NCBI GenBank assembly: GCA_030248215.1
Contig: JASANG010003582.1
Coordinates: 124,001 to 188,000, forward strand
DNA: 64,000 nucleotides
Source of the DNA: Enoplolaimus lenunculus
Lineage: Eukaryota
Direction of reading: 5' to 3'
Shown: positions 1-11,580 of the stretch, piece after piece
Position numbering within the stretch: position 1 is the stretch's first letter
Layout of the letters: every line of letters starts with the position of its first letter
The notes under the pieces: generated by a model
Databases searched by the model: none
What the model was told of the DNA's origin: nothing
Seen by the model: only the letters and a program-made list of their open reading frames with translations
Program-made: the position numbers and the translations under genes

Positions 1-216
1 GGACTTGTCTACCTCGTCTGCCTGAACCTTTCGGGGTTTCTTGTTTTAAATATGTTGAAAATGTTCGACACCACAAACGACGAATTATCTTTGATGCAAT
101 GATTTCATTATAACTTAATGTCTTATATTTCTTTGTCTATACCAGTTGGTTTAGACCCAGAAAGTGTACCGTACTTAAGACAAATACTGCACTGTTTAGT
201 GATATTAAACGTATAG

Positions 217-409
217 ATGGCCCATGTATAGAAAGCGCCGGAACAGTAGTATAAGCATATTCCTAATCCTAAGCCTAAGCGTATGGATGAGTTAATTCCT
301 AAGCCTAAGCCTAAGCCTAAGCCTAAGCAAAAAAATAGTCTAAAGCTTAAACTGACTCTATTATAGCCCCTCCGGAAAACGATCCGGCCCTGTTCTATAC
401 ATGGGCCGT
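217..409. mobile_element. MITE with terminal inverted repeats and internal telomere-like (GCCTAA)n tracts
   Basis: Left end ATGGCCCATGTATAGAA pairs with right end TTCTATACATGGGCCGT; TA-rich flanks; internal CCTAAG repeats at ~266-328; related copy in opposite orientation at ~7703-7875. Confidence 0.75.
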
Positions 410-964
410 ATATAGATCGTATTGAGTTTAAAGGTTCCGAAAGTTTAAGGACATGGCCAATTATGGTTTGATATTGTTGATAAATCTACCAGCCGGACGT
501 GATGCAATTATATACATAAAACAGCACAACCATAATGAGATATACGTGTAAAGCTTAAAAATAACAATATTGTCATAGTTTTCCAAACGCAAATAAAGCT
601 TAGAGCAAGCTTTGACACTATTCATAACGCGAAAGCCTGTAAGTTGCGCTGCGTGTTAAACTTTTAAATTTGCACAAATGGTAACTTTTGTAATATAACC
701 GTTTGCCCGATAGGGAATGTTTGGTTTTATTTCCAAAACTTGGCGTTCCCAGCAATCAATTTGTTTTTAAATCACTGTTGTTTGCAGATCTCAATTTCGC
801 TTAAACGACATGTACTGCGTTTCGTAACTATAAATGATATAAGGCTACTAAAATCTGCCTCAGCAGCTATCGCCAGACGCCTTAAAGAACAGATCATGCT
901 GACCTGATTTTGATTTCGGTATAGCAACCTGCTTGGAAGCAGTGCGTAAATAAAACAGGATGTA

Positions 965-1240
965 AGCATGTGAGACATGCTTGTTCTGGTGCATATGCAA
1001 CATATGCAATGCACATTGCATATAGCATGCTTGCCGGCACGATACGGTCGACATATAGTCGACGATAGAAGCAGTTGGACATGCGGTCACGTGGCGCAGT
1101 TGTAACAACGTCTGCATGACACGCAGAAAGTCGGTAGTTCGAAATCACCCGCAACCCGCTTTTCCAGCTGCTTAGTTGAAAACGACTGAAGTACGGATAC
1201 TACGCAGACTGAAACACGACATCAAAGCTTCAGTGTAAAA
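965..1240 (+). mobile_element. tRNA-derived (SINE-like) element, tRNA-Val-like head
   Basis: A-box-like TGGCGCAGTTG (~1092), stem-loop TCTGC-ATGACAC-GCAGA, B-box-like GTTCGAAATC (~1137), then core TTCCAGCTGCTTAGTTGA shared with the copy at ~7335; upstream ~120 bp also shared with 7136-7250. Confidence 0.6.
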
Positions 1241-1889
1241 TTTTCTTGCCGGCTCTGAACCTGAATACCATGTTTACATTCAAGAGTAGAACATTAGTCT
1301 TGAGTTTATGCTGTATAACGTACAGCAAAACATGAAGCTATTATGAAATTACTTTTCACAATCGACATTGAACAATATATAATCTATTTTAAATTTCACG
1401 TTTATATACTTTAATTTCAGACGACTAAAATTATACATTTTCAATCTTAAAGCCTTTTCTCATGAAAAATATTACCAAAGAGCAGGTGTGCCCCAAAAAA
1501 GTATGCCAGGGGTCGCGGAGTCGAATTGAAATTATTTTTGACAGGTTAAAGTATTGCGTTACTAAATAGTCATTAACAATTGGCCAATTTTATTATATCC
1601 TCCTTTTTCATATAGTTGATTATGTGCAACTGAAAGCAAGGTGTATTCAAAAGGCTTAATATTATAGGCGTTTAAATACATACTTATGTCTATCTCACGT
1701 CACAATGTGTGCCCTAAGCCCATGCAACGTACCTACTGTTTTAAATAAACGGTGTAAATGTCCGCGGGGTTTGCAAAAAGTAATTCCTAACTAACTGCTT
1801 TAATACAAACTGGTTGACAATTATTTGCTGTCGACACCGGTGTAACGGGTGAAACATAAAATTCCCCAATGGTACGCAAATTTCGCAAA

Positions 1890-2050
1890 TTTTGCAACAA
1901 ATTCAAACTGTGATGGTAATTCATGTTTTGGCGTGAAATTCCAATTTCGGCGAAAATGTTTTGTTTTTGTCGAAAATATTCAAATTTTTGCGGCGATATT
2001 CCAATTTTGGCGGGAAATTTAAATTTTAACGGAAAGCTTAAATTTTGGTA
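1890..2050. repeat. ~21-bp minisatellite (AAATTCAAATTTTGGCGGGAA family)
   Basis: Degenerate tandem units. The same family recurs at ~6100-6300, 10520-10765, 31678-31865, 33590-33765, 40715-41140, 41415-41775, 52030-52450, 62985-63285 and 63675-63830. Confidence 0.8.
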
Positions 2051-2481
2051 AGAAAGTTACTTAATTATATAACCAGCTGAGCTCAATCAATATGTATATA
2101 AGAGGCTAAGTTTTGCAGTCGTTTCAGATATACCTGATTTTCTTCTCGCAGGTGATTAAATTATTTTTTATACTTACCAATGTTTTTTAAAATCTGACTA
2201 AGTTTTTCATGCGTAACCTATTTTGTTGCTGATTGAAGCTGTTATAAAAACCACCAGACGGCTCTAACAAATCTAGTTTCAAGTAAAATACGACATAGCG
2301 AAGGAACTGTCTGACATCCCCACTTTATTCGTATCTTTTTCTTGTATATTTTCGTTAGAACTGGACACTCAATACCTGTGTAAACAGTTAGGTTTCGTTC
2401 ACACCACATAACTTGCACATACAAAATGTAATTTATTTAAACTTAAAATGTTACGCTTTCGACAGAACAGCATTAAAAATT

Positions 2482-3256
2482 TCAGCGTCCAATACCAGCC
2501 ATTGCTGGATTAAATTGACGTTTTTCATAAGCAGCTGTTTCAACTTCACGTTTAATGGAACCAATCCATGAACGTTTTTGATTGGCTGCTCTTTTAACCT
2601 GTCGTTTAATAGCACCAATCCATGTACGCTTTATGTTGGCAGCTTTTTTAACTTCTTTTTTGACAGCACCGACCAATGAGCGTTTTACATAAGCAGCATT
2701 CTCAACTTGTCTTTTAACACCGCCCATCCAAAACCGTTTCGCAGCTTCACCGCTTTCGATTTGCCGTTTAATTGCACCGAGCATCCAGTTGCGCTTAGCA
2801 TTAACCATAGATCGTTTGATCACATTCTGAGCCGAATCGTCCTGTTATTTTAACACGCAAACTTTGTAATACGCCTGATTGTGTAATAGTTTAAAAAAGA
2901 ATATTTTTCTCGAAGCTTGGAAATATTAAAATATCCTGTTGAGCTTCTAACGTAGCTTTTTTACTTGCGTTTCGAAAAGCAAACTGTGAGATTCGAAATC
3001 AACTTGATTCATATTTGTACTTAAGTTTACAAATCCAGCTCAAGTATGAACCTTAAATATATAGTTTCGAGTTTTTTGGTTTGGGTATATTTTTGCTAGA
3101 ATGACAGGTTTTTCAAAACATTTTGCGTGTTTAACCCAATAAAACTTGCATAATAAAAAAGTTTTGTGCAAAACTTACGGAATTGTCGGTTAACACGCAA
3201 CAAAATAACGTCGTGTATGCCAGAAGAGCAAAGGTAACTTGAATGTATGCGCGCAT
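2482..3256 (-). CDS. Neuropeptide-like preproprotein, 145 aa, coding exons 3256-3179 and 2841-2482
   Basis: Exon 1 encodes MRAYIQVTFALLAYTTLFCCVLTDNS (signal-peptide-like) followed by GTAAGT. Phase-0 acceptor AATAACAG precedes DDSAQNVIKR... There are more than 10 dibasic KR/KK sites, a C-terminal G-R-stop amidation signal, and AATAAA at ~2432-2437. Confidence 0.85.
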
Positions 3257-3301
3257 AACTACGGTAGGTATATTAGGCTTATGACAGTTTTAGTTGTTTA
3301 T

Positions 3302-4070
3302 CTAAAAATCACATTTTACTGTTAGTAAATTTATCAAGCAAATGCCAGCTATAGTAATGGAAAAAACGCAAAAAACCCAATTGACCGATAGGTAAGTGTG
3401 AGACCAGAGGTTTTATCCGTGGGTAATGACCCCTGCTGTGGACACCTTTTCTTCTGTAGCAAATTAAAACTATTATATCAATCATTAATGTTGCTAACCA
3501 GTATGTTTTCTGTAAAATTTAGGTAATGGGTTTATTTTTACGTAGTTACTCTTCCTATTTTACTTGGATACAGCTTTTTCGCGTTATGATCTCAGGTTTT
3601 TTATAAGAGTGTAGTACAATACTGTATTTCAGTACGCAATCTTAATGTTAAATATAAACCGTGAGCCTCCTCACCAGGGTACAACCGGGGGTCTGCCTCC
3701 GGCTCCGGCTCCGGCAGAAAATCGGCCTCCAGTTCCGGTTCTGGCTCCGCTAAAATTTTTGCCAGATCACTTTCGGTAGTAAAATTTTGCATAATTTTGC
3801 AAAATTTATCTGTTTAGCGCGTTTCAATTTATTTTTATAACAATTTTCAGGAAAAAATTCCGAAATTTCGCAGAAACTTAGCGTAAAACCGAACAACTTA
3901 ACAACATATTGCAGATATTAGCTGAAATTAACTAATTGCCTCACCTCCGACTCCAGCTTCAGCAAGTTTCGTTGACCTCCGGCTCAAACCAATTGACTGC
4001 TTCTCAGACTGTGCTATAGAATTCTGGCGCTATATAGTTCAGGCAAATATGTTAGTTTTTTAAAACTTAC
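3302..4070 (-). other. Putative 5'-UTR intron of the neuropeptide-like gene
   Basis: GTAAGT donor at 4070-4065 and TTTTTAG acceptor ending at 3302, 45 nt upstream of the ATG. The acceptor could instead be an SL trans-splice site. Confidence 0.4.
3675..3985. mobile_element. Truncated hAT-type MITE, inverted relative to 4601-4974
   Basis: Begins CAGGGTACAACCGGGGG; aligns to the reverse complement of 4601-4974; subterminal CCGGCT repeats; second TIR missing. Confidence 0.75.
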
Positions 4071-4600
4071 AGCCAATACTCACTCTTATTATGAGCAACA
4101 TTTTGGGTAGCTCTATGCTTTGTTCAAGTTTCCGCACGGTACAAGACAACACTGCAGCCGATCAATTTGTAAACAAAACATTTTAAATTGAGAGCAGTTT
4201 TAGCGGCGGGCTATGAAGTACAGCACCACTCAAAAACGGATCTTTGGAAACACACATTTACCATTCCTAATATACCACGAGTTAAAATAAACCAAAAGGT
4301 AACGAGTATATAGCTGGCGTTTATATTCAGAATAACATAGTTTATTCAAAACAAAATACGAAAATAAATATTAAATTTTGTTTCTAAACACCACGCGAAG
4401 CATAAATTATGCGTTATCTTGGTCGAACAGGATTGAATTCAAAAACAAACTAGTAAGGTAAAATTGATTTATAATTGACGACAATTTTGTGGTTCACAAC
4501 CATTATCATCGCAGCCGCACACTTTTGGCCTAAAAGCTATACCATAAACCAATTGCATACAAGTATACTGGTCTGAAAATATATATTCGGTAGTATTCAT

Positions 4601-4974
4601 CAGGATGCAACCGGAGGTGAAAATTACCGGAGCCGAAGCCGGAGGTCAACGAAACTTGCCGGAGCCGGAGGTGAGGCGAAATTATGTAATAAAAATGGTT
4701 AATTGGTCAATTTTGGCCAATATCTGCAATATGTTGTTAAGTTATTTGGTGTTACGTTAATTTTCTGGAAAATTTAGGGAATTCTTTTCTAAAAAATTGC
4801 GACAAAAGTAAAGCGAAACACACTGAACAGTTAAATTTTGCTAAATTCTACCAAATTTTTACTACTGAAATTGCCGGAACCTCCGGCAAAAATTCCACCG
4901 GGGCCGGAGCCGGAGGCCGATTTTCTATTTTCTGCCGGAGCCAGAGCCGGAGGCAGACCTCCAGTTGTACCCTG
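4601..4974. mobile_element. Complete hAT-type MITE
   Basis: TIRs CAGGATGCAACCGGAGG / CCTCCAGTTGTACCCTG; perfect 8-bp TSD GTATTCAT at 4593-4600 and 4975-4982. Confidence 0.9.
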
Positions 4975-5257
4975 GTATTCATAATATAATACTACTTCTA
5001 ATTAAATTGAAGTTTATTTTATTGAAAACGAACTTATCTGCTAATTTCGGGCTACATAAGCTATTAGGTCTGATTTCAAACAACCCTGTTACCGGCATTT
5101 GTAGTTTTATTGTTATACATGAATTTAATCAAATTTTAGTTTAAAATTAAAGCATTACACAAATGAAAATGATAGATAAATTTAAAGCAACTATATAAAT
5201 TAAAAGATAATATATGCAGCAATAGTTTTATTGTTAAGATTAAAGAAGTAAGATTCG

Positions 5258-5659
5258 TTAGCAAAAACTTCGTAAGTGAATGATATTAAGCCTCGGTGAG
5301 ACAACAGAAATTGCGTGTGCTGAGCAAATACAAACAGCCGCAAGTGCTGTTGTCATAATTTTAATACATGCTGCAAAAAATGTGTCAAATTTTAACTTTG
5401 TATTTCCTAGTTCTAAAACATATTTTGCAAATTGCCAATAAGCAAAGATGGTTATATTCGCAAAAATTGAGTCGACCGGAAAAAACGGTAAAGTTGAAAA
5501 AATACGCATTCGTGCGTCACCAAAGGCCAAGATGTTAATGAATGTTAAGCCTGATGCCAAAATGATACTAGAATCACATAACTTTTTCACTAAAAGTATA
5601 CATATAGATTTAATAACGCATGATCACCATAGCATACTTTCTACAAAAGTCTTATATGT
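5258..5659 (-). pseudogene. Degenerate membrane-protein exon, possibly an MFS/SLC46-like transporter C-terminal part
   Basis: TTTTTAG acceptor at ~5660; frame TYKTFVESMLW*SCVIKSICILLVKKLCDSSIILASGL... with several hydrophobic segments and one in-frame stop; 5080-5320 partially duplicated at 5716-5890. Family resemblance is by eye only. Confidence 0.3.
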
Positions 5660-7135
5660 CTAAAAATGCCATCTGCCATATAGTTTGCCACCAGTTTGAG
5701 GTTATATTTGTGCAAAACCCTGCTAACCCGATTTGTAGTTTGTTCTTACATAAATTTAATCAAAAACAACCAAATTAAAAGATAATATATGCAGCAATTA
5801 TTTTATTTAGACCAAAGGCGTAGGATTCGTCAGGAAAACTTTCGTAAGTGAAATTAGGCCTCGGTTGAGACAACAGAAATTTCGTCTGCTTTCAATTCAT
5901 TTTCATCGCAACTACTGCAAATACAAACAGCAAAAATGTCTGGTATATATATCAAATTAAGCAGGTATATATTGCCAAATCTGATGAATCAACAAACAGG
6001 TCACTTGAGCGAAACTTGTTCCGGATAGGTGGCGTGTAGAAAAACTAACTTTTTACTGTATCCCGCGACATTTTGTTAAAAGAATTTTGCAAATTTACTA
6101 GCATTTGAGTGGTCCTAATTTCCCTCAAATTTTGAAACTCTCACCAATATTTGAATTTGTTATACAAAGTTTGAAGTTTCGGCCAAAATTTGACTTTTAA
6201 AGCCAGTTTTAATTTTTGTGCCAAAATTTGAATTTCCCTCAAAATTTGAATTTCCCACCAATATTTGAATTTTTCGGCCAACATTTGAGTTTTGCCGCTT
6301 GTTTCGAATATGTCAGATATATTAGAAATTTCAAAACAAGAATTAATTGCGCCCGAACGTGTTTGGTATGTAGTCTATCGTGGAGGTATAGCTTGTCTGG
6401 TTAGGCTACTGTAAAAATAGTCCATCAACTTGTTTGCAAGGACAGTACAAAACAACAGTTGTTTTTGGGATATTTGGAGGACATTTCGTTGTATGCGTAA
6501 TCTTCAACATTTGGTGGCATGCATAACGTTTTATTTGTTTTTGTTAGTGTACCGACAATTTTGATGAATCCAATAAACATGCTACTATTTTAAGTTCGCT
6601 ATAGATGTTCATGAAAGGCATCGATCTATCCATGTTAATACTTGTTAAAGTCATGTGTATGAGCTCAGATCGCCGAATTTTTATCCAATATGTTATACAA
6701 GTGACATGTGTTTGGTACAGTATATGTTTAGAGCGCTATAAGTTTTTAAAAATGTGTCGCGTTTGTTTAGTGCGGCATAATGGTTCATATGTCAATCGAC
6801 TCCAAGATCATTATCCCCATAATTCGCAGAAAATAATTCCTGTCAAGAGTGTAAAAAGGTGGAATTTACACCCTCCTCCTACTCTTCATTTTAGGGATGA
6901 GGTGAGGAGAAGGAAGGAGGGAGAATTTGCACAGTTCTCGCCTTCTCTACTTTCAAAACTAAGTTATTGGTGTAAAGCAGCAAAAATCAAAGTCACGAGT
7001 AGGAGGGGTGGGAATGAAGATTGGGTGGGACAATGGGAGATGTTGAAGAAAGAGAAAGCGAGGCACTGGTACGAAGATGGTTGGAAATGGTTTTAGAATC
7101 TTGCAATAGTCTACGGGGAATCCGCGTGTATATTC

Positions 7136-7415
7136 GCATGTGAGAGATGCGTGTCCGTTATATATGCACATACAACACAGGCTGTGCACTGTATGTATGC
7201 TAGCCGGCAGCATACGGTCGACATATTGTCAACAGTAAGAGTAGTTGTAGAGGCGAGCTACGTGGTGCAGTGGTAGAGCGCTTGGCTCAGAATCCTTAAG
7301 CCGCTAGTTCGATCCCCCTCTGTAGGCCTCTTGTTCCAGCTGCTTAGTTGATAAGGTCTGAAGTCCCGCTTCTGACTTAGACTGACAAGAAGACCATCAA
7401 TCCTTTCACTTTTTT
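7136..7415 (+). mobile_element. tRNA-derived (SINE-like) element, second copy
   Basis: A box TGGTGCAGTGG, B box AGTTCGATCCC, shared core TTCCAGCTGCTTAGTTGA, 3' hairpin (TTGATAAGGTCT...AGACCATCAA) and a T-run at ~7410. Confidence 0.65.
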
Positions 7416-7702
7416 ATACATCACTTAATTCAGAAATACCACTGGTTTTTCTCCTTAATTTTCCCGAAACCTATGGCCACGTCGAAAATCAAACCTCGGA
7501 CCTCTCGCTCGGAGTCAAGATTCTCGTTCGTACCTACTTTTGGTTAATTAAATATCTGGCTGTTGAAAGAAAGATCACGTAAACGTATCAAATTGTTTCA
7601 TTACTCATCACAAGAGACTGCTTAAAATTTGGATAAACAATCTCTTAAATAAGAGTAAATTTTCTTTTTCTCGTCCATATTTTCCCACTTGACGTAAAAA
7701 CA

Positions 7703-7875
7703 ACGGTCCATGTATTGAACAGGGCCGGATCGTTTTCCGGAGGGGCTATAAATAGAGTCAGTTTAAACTTCAGGCTAATTTTTTTGCTTAGGCTTAGGAA
7801 TTGGCTCATCCATACGCTTAGGCTTAGGCTTAATAGGCTTAGGCGTGGGAAAATGCTTATACTGCACATGGACTA
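7703..7875. mobile_element. Telomere-repeat-containing MITE, inverted copy of 217-409
   Basis: CAGGGCCGGATCGTTTTCCGGAGGGGCTATA is the reverse complement of 362-392; internal TTAGGC repeats. Confidence 0.75.
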
Positions 7876-9129
7876 TTAAACAACAATATTTTTTACTTCG
7901 TTTTAAAAGTAAATTATAATATCAACTGCTGTTTTTTCATAAATTGTGTGAAGTTTTGTTTTAATATCACACCTTACAGATAGATATGTATCTATTATAT
8001 TTGGAAATATGTCAACATGATCTATATTTAACATCGGGAAAGTCACCGTGTACATTTTACCAAAGGTTTTTATACAAATGTAATACCAATCTTTCAGTGG
8101 TTATTGCAAACCCATTTCTGTACTGATATAGCAGATTTAGCCTTTCAAGGATAGAATTTGTTTGTAGTACTTTCCGTCGGCACTTGTTTTACTCGGAGAC
8201 GCCGAATCGAACCCTAATCGATTGATTATTTCCTACTTCGAACACCACAACCACTGCAACATATTGAAGTTATCGCCAGCCGGGTTTTAACTATATACGT
8301 TGTATTTGCCAGTCCAAACACTCTAATTAATGCAGATACAAGCCAAAATTTTTTACCGGGACAGTAAAAATCTAAGTAGTTTCAGCGAGCGAGAAAACAC
8401 TTGGCTTCTGCTATGCTGTCGGGGGGCCCCACAGATAAAGGGGAACAGGCAGGTTCAGCCCATATGAAAAATTTTGGTACGTGCAAGAAATGTTTAATCT
8501 GGGCTTGTAAGTCATTTCAAATCCTTTCATGTATCTTCTGAAAAATAGTTAAGCACGCAGTATGTTGGGCTTACGGCGCGAATGCAGAATGTTTAAAATC
8601 AAAAGCCTGAAACATAGGTTGTTTTCAACATCCATCTAGATTTTCTGGGGTTGTATACCCTGCATATTCCTTTTACACCCATTGCCTACCAGGCATGTAG
8701 CTAGACTGAAACTTGACAGGGCAGGCTAATTTTAGAGGAAGCAAATTTTATTTGACTAATTCTATTCTGTATACGAAACATAACAACAAAATAAAACTGC
8801 CAACTTTGAAGTGGTGATATTCCAATTATACGGTGTCATTTACATCCATAGTCTTGATCGCCATCTGGAGAGAGGTTTTGAAAATTTTACGCAGGTGTTG
8901 CGAGTGTTTTAGGGAGTTTAGTCATATTTTACTGCTTGATAGAAGCCAAACACAATTTTGTTACTAAATCTAATGATGACGTGTGGCTAACATTAAGTGA
9001 CGTTCATAGATTCTTATCATGTGAAGTGTTTATATTTTCAAGAATCAAACTTCTAAAAATGTTTAATAGGACTCAAGACGGCAAATATAAATTGAAATTA
9101 GACTTGTTGATCATTATACAAACTCTGAA

Positions 9130-9560
9130 ATTCAATTCAATTCAATTTATTAACATGGAATTATAGTGCAGATTATAAAACAAGTTAATAAGGAATAGAT
9201 TAGAAAGGGAACAAGGCCGCTTATATCTAATCAAGGTCTCGTGCGTATTGTAATTTGTGAGTGAAGTCAACCTTTTCCAAAAGATTTGCAAAAACTTTTG
9301 CGTTTATTAGTTCAACACCTCTGACATCTACCGGCAAATCATTCCAAGTACAATAATGCGATTTCAAAAAACGTGTTTGAGAATATTTGTTTTAAATTTT
9401 GGTTTTTAACTTAGGATGGTGGCGTCTTGTGCCGTTCCAGGGTTCTAACTGGAAAAGGTTTTGGCACAGATTGGTTTCATTTCGAAGGCGCGGGAATACC
9501 GTTGTAAGACCGAAATAAACTCGCCTTCGCTGAAGTGGGTTTAGGTTCAAATATAGGCGC
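9130..9560 (-). mobile_element. CR1-group LINE 3' fragment
   Basis: Minus strand reads GTRRHHPKL..PKFKTNILKHVF*NRII..WNDLP, similar to the C-terminus of the LINE at 36757-37041; followed by AATAAA and an (AATTG)n tail. Confidence 0.7.
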
Positions 9561-10274
9561 GTGTTGTAATTGGTGATTATTTCAAACTCAAATTTGGACT
9601 TTTTATAAATTCGATTTTACGAGTCCTCTAACGTGTCCCCTGGGTACTCAAAACATTTGTAATTACACGCATTTTTGTACAAAATGTATAGATCATATAA
9701 AACGCACAGTTTTCGTTTTCTCGTGTCATTTTTGATTATGTAAACCGTCTATCTATAGGAATTTTGGAAGCAAAAGTTAGTTGGTAGGGGGAATGCGACT
9801 TCGCGACCGAGAAGCCAGCAACATTTAGTTTCAGTAGAATACGCAGAACCGTTAGCGTTGAAACGTTACCAACATGTTTGTGCTGTAAGTAAGCAAACGT
9901 CTTCTCGCTTTATTACCATTTAAAAAATTTTCAATCCAAAACCGACTAAAATTTAAAATATTACTTCAGATACCATCAAAGTTAATTACTGCATGCAAAA
10001 TTACCTGTGAAACCAGGTTCAGGAATTCTTTTAGCTAGATTCTTAAGCTATAACTCATTTGACTAGCTAGGCTTTTCTTTTGTTAACCTGAGGCTCATGA
10101 TTTATGAGCTACAAAATTTTCATTACCGAACAGCGTATATATTCATCATCTGTTTGTTAAATTAATAGCTGCATATATATTAAATCGGAAGATAAACATT
10201 TTGCAGGCTTAAAAACGTGTATTACATTTGACACAATTAGATTAACGAATAATATTCATGTGAATCAATTTACG

Positions 10275-10395
10275 CTATGAAAGGAATTCAATATTAAAAC
10301 TACGGTTCATGCATTTCTCGTGTTCCCGTGTAATGACCACCTTCAGCTCAATACCAATTCGTGAACTTTCCGTTGCAGATCACGACATTCGTTGT
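10275..10395 (-). pseudogene. Frameshifted exon 2 of the four-Cys secreted peptide family (copy C)
   Basis: Same phase-1 TTTTTAG acceptor and flanks as 35718 and 50247. Reads NECRDLQRKVHE[1-nt deletion in the Cys codon]GIELKVVITREHEKCMNRSFNIEFLS*; last Cys replaced by Ser; exon 1 not found. Confidence 0.7.
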
Positions 10396-10865
10396 CTAAA
10401 AATATATACAAATAAAAAAGATAAAATATAGCTGTATTTAGTCCCATATTTTCCAATATATGTAGTTTCTATATCCAGTTGGTGATTGGTCCCATAAGAA
10501 TGCAAGAAATTGGCAAATTTTGTAGGACTTGAATTGTCCTAATTTCCGTCAATTTTTGAATTTCCCACTAATATTTGAAATTGTAACCCAAAGTTTGAAG
10601 TTACCGCGGAAATTTGAGTTTTTCCGCCAAAATTTGAACTTTTCTGCCAAAATTAGATTTATCGCGCCAAGTTTTGAATTTTCCCGCCAAAACTTGAATT
10701 TTCCTCAAAATTTAAATTTCCCATCAATATTTGAATGTTTCGGCCAAAATTTGAATTTTGCCGGTTGTTGTTTCGAATATGTCAGATATCTTAGGAATTT
10801 CAAAACGGAAATCAATTGCGTCTGGACGTGTTTTATTTAAGTGTCAGGAGATAGCTTGTTAGATA

Positions 10866-11073
10866 CACTGCAAAAAATGTTTAGTCACATTGACTCCCTC
10901 CGAAATAGGTTCTACGGGACTACACAAACTGAGTCAAATTCGACTCCGCCAGAGTAATTGTGCGACTTAGTGAGTCGAATTTGTCTCTGGCGGAGTCGAA
11001 TTGGACTCAGTTTGTTTAGTCCCGTAGAGCCTATTTCGGAGAGAGTCAATTTGACTCACCATTTTTTACAGTG
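10866..11073. mobile_element. Near-fully palindromic MITE with TA target duplication
   Basis: TA|CACTG...CAGTG|TA with ~90-bp inverted arms (e.g. CCGAAATAGG / CCTATTTCGG, GACTCCGCCAGAG / CTCTGGCGGAGTC). Confidence 0.85.
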
Positions 11074-11135
11074 TATCCTCCGGCTTGCAATGCTAATTAT
11101 GTACTCTATCGTGCAGGTATAGCTTGTCTGGTTAG

Positions 11136-11580
11136 TGGGTCGTTCACGTTATACTGTCTAGGTTTCTTTAAAAAAAGAGTCCAACCACCTGTTTGCAAGA
11201 GCAGTACAAAGCAACACTGTTTTTGGGATATTTGGACTATGCAGAGTCCATGCATCGTTTGTCTTTTAAGGCGGCAGCCCTTCGGAGGGAGTAGAAACAA
11301 TGTGGACACTTATTGGACGCCGTGTTAGACAATTACGCTTAACAGAATCACTTCGGACACACTTTGTATTATGGAACAAGCGGATTCCCTTCTGACAGAA
11401 TCTGGACAAATAATGTAACAGTGTCGCCGTTCAGAGGGACTGTCAGTTCTAAGGAGGGTGTACACAGGGGGTCGGTGAGTTTTAGATATATAATTTTTAT
11501 GCACTGCAATGAAGAACTTAGAGACTCGCAGGTGGGTACAATTTTTTACAGTAGCGTAGACAGTATAACGTGATCACCCA
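11136..11580. mobile_element. PIF/Harbinger-type (Tourist-like) MITE
   Basis: TIR TGGGTC(A/G)T(C/T)CACGTTATACTGTCTA and its complement; same family as 29967, 46261, 50417 and 53009. Confidence 0.75.

Noticed and set aside
266..328. True telomere or telomere-addition site
   Set aside because: The tract is short and enclosed by MITE TIRs, with a second internal copy at ~7787-7843.
1083..1156. Functional tRNA genes (also 7255-7328 and ~43950-44015)
   Set aside because: Acceptor, D and T stems pair poorly, and each is embedded in a repeat; treated as tRNA-derived.
3601..3792. EPEPE-repeat protein ORF
   Set aside because: Translation of the CCGGCT subterminal repeats of the hAT MITE.
6605..7096. 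163-aa ORF
   Set aside because: No recognisable motif or splice structure; the 3' half is a purine-rich low-complexity stretch.
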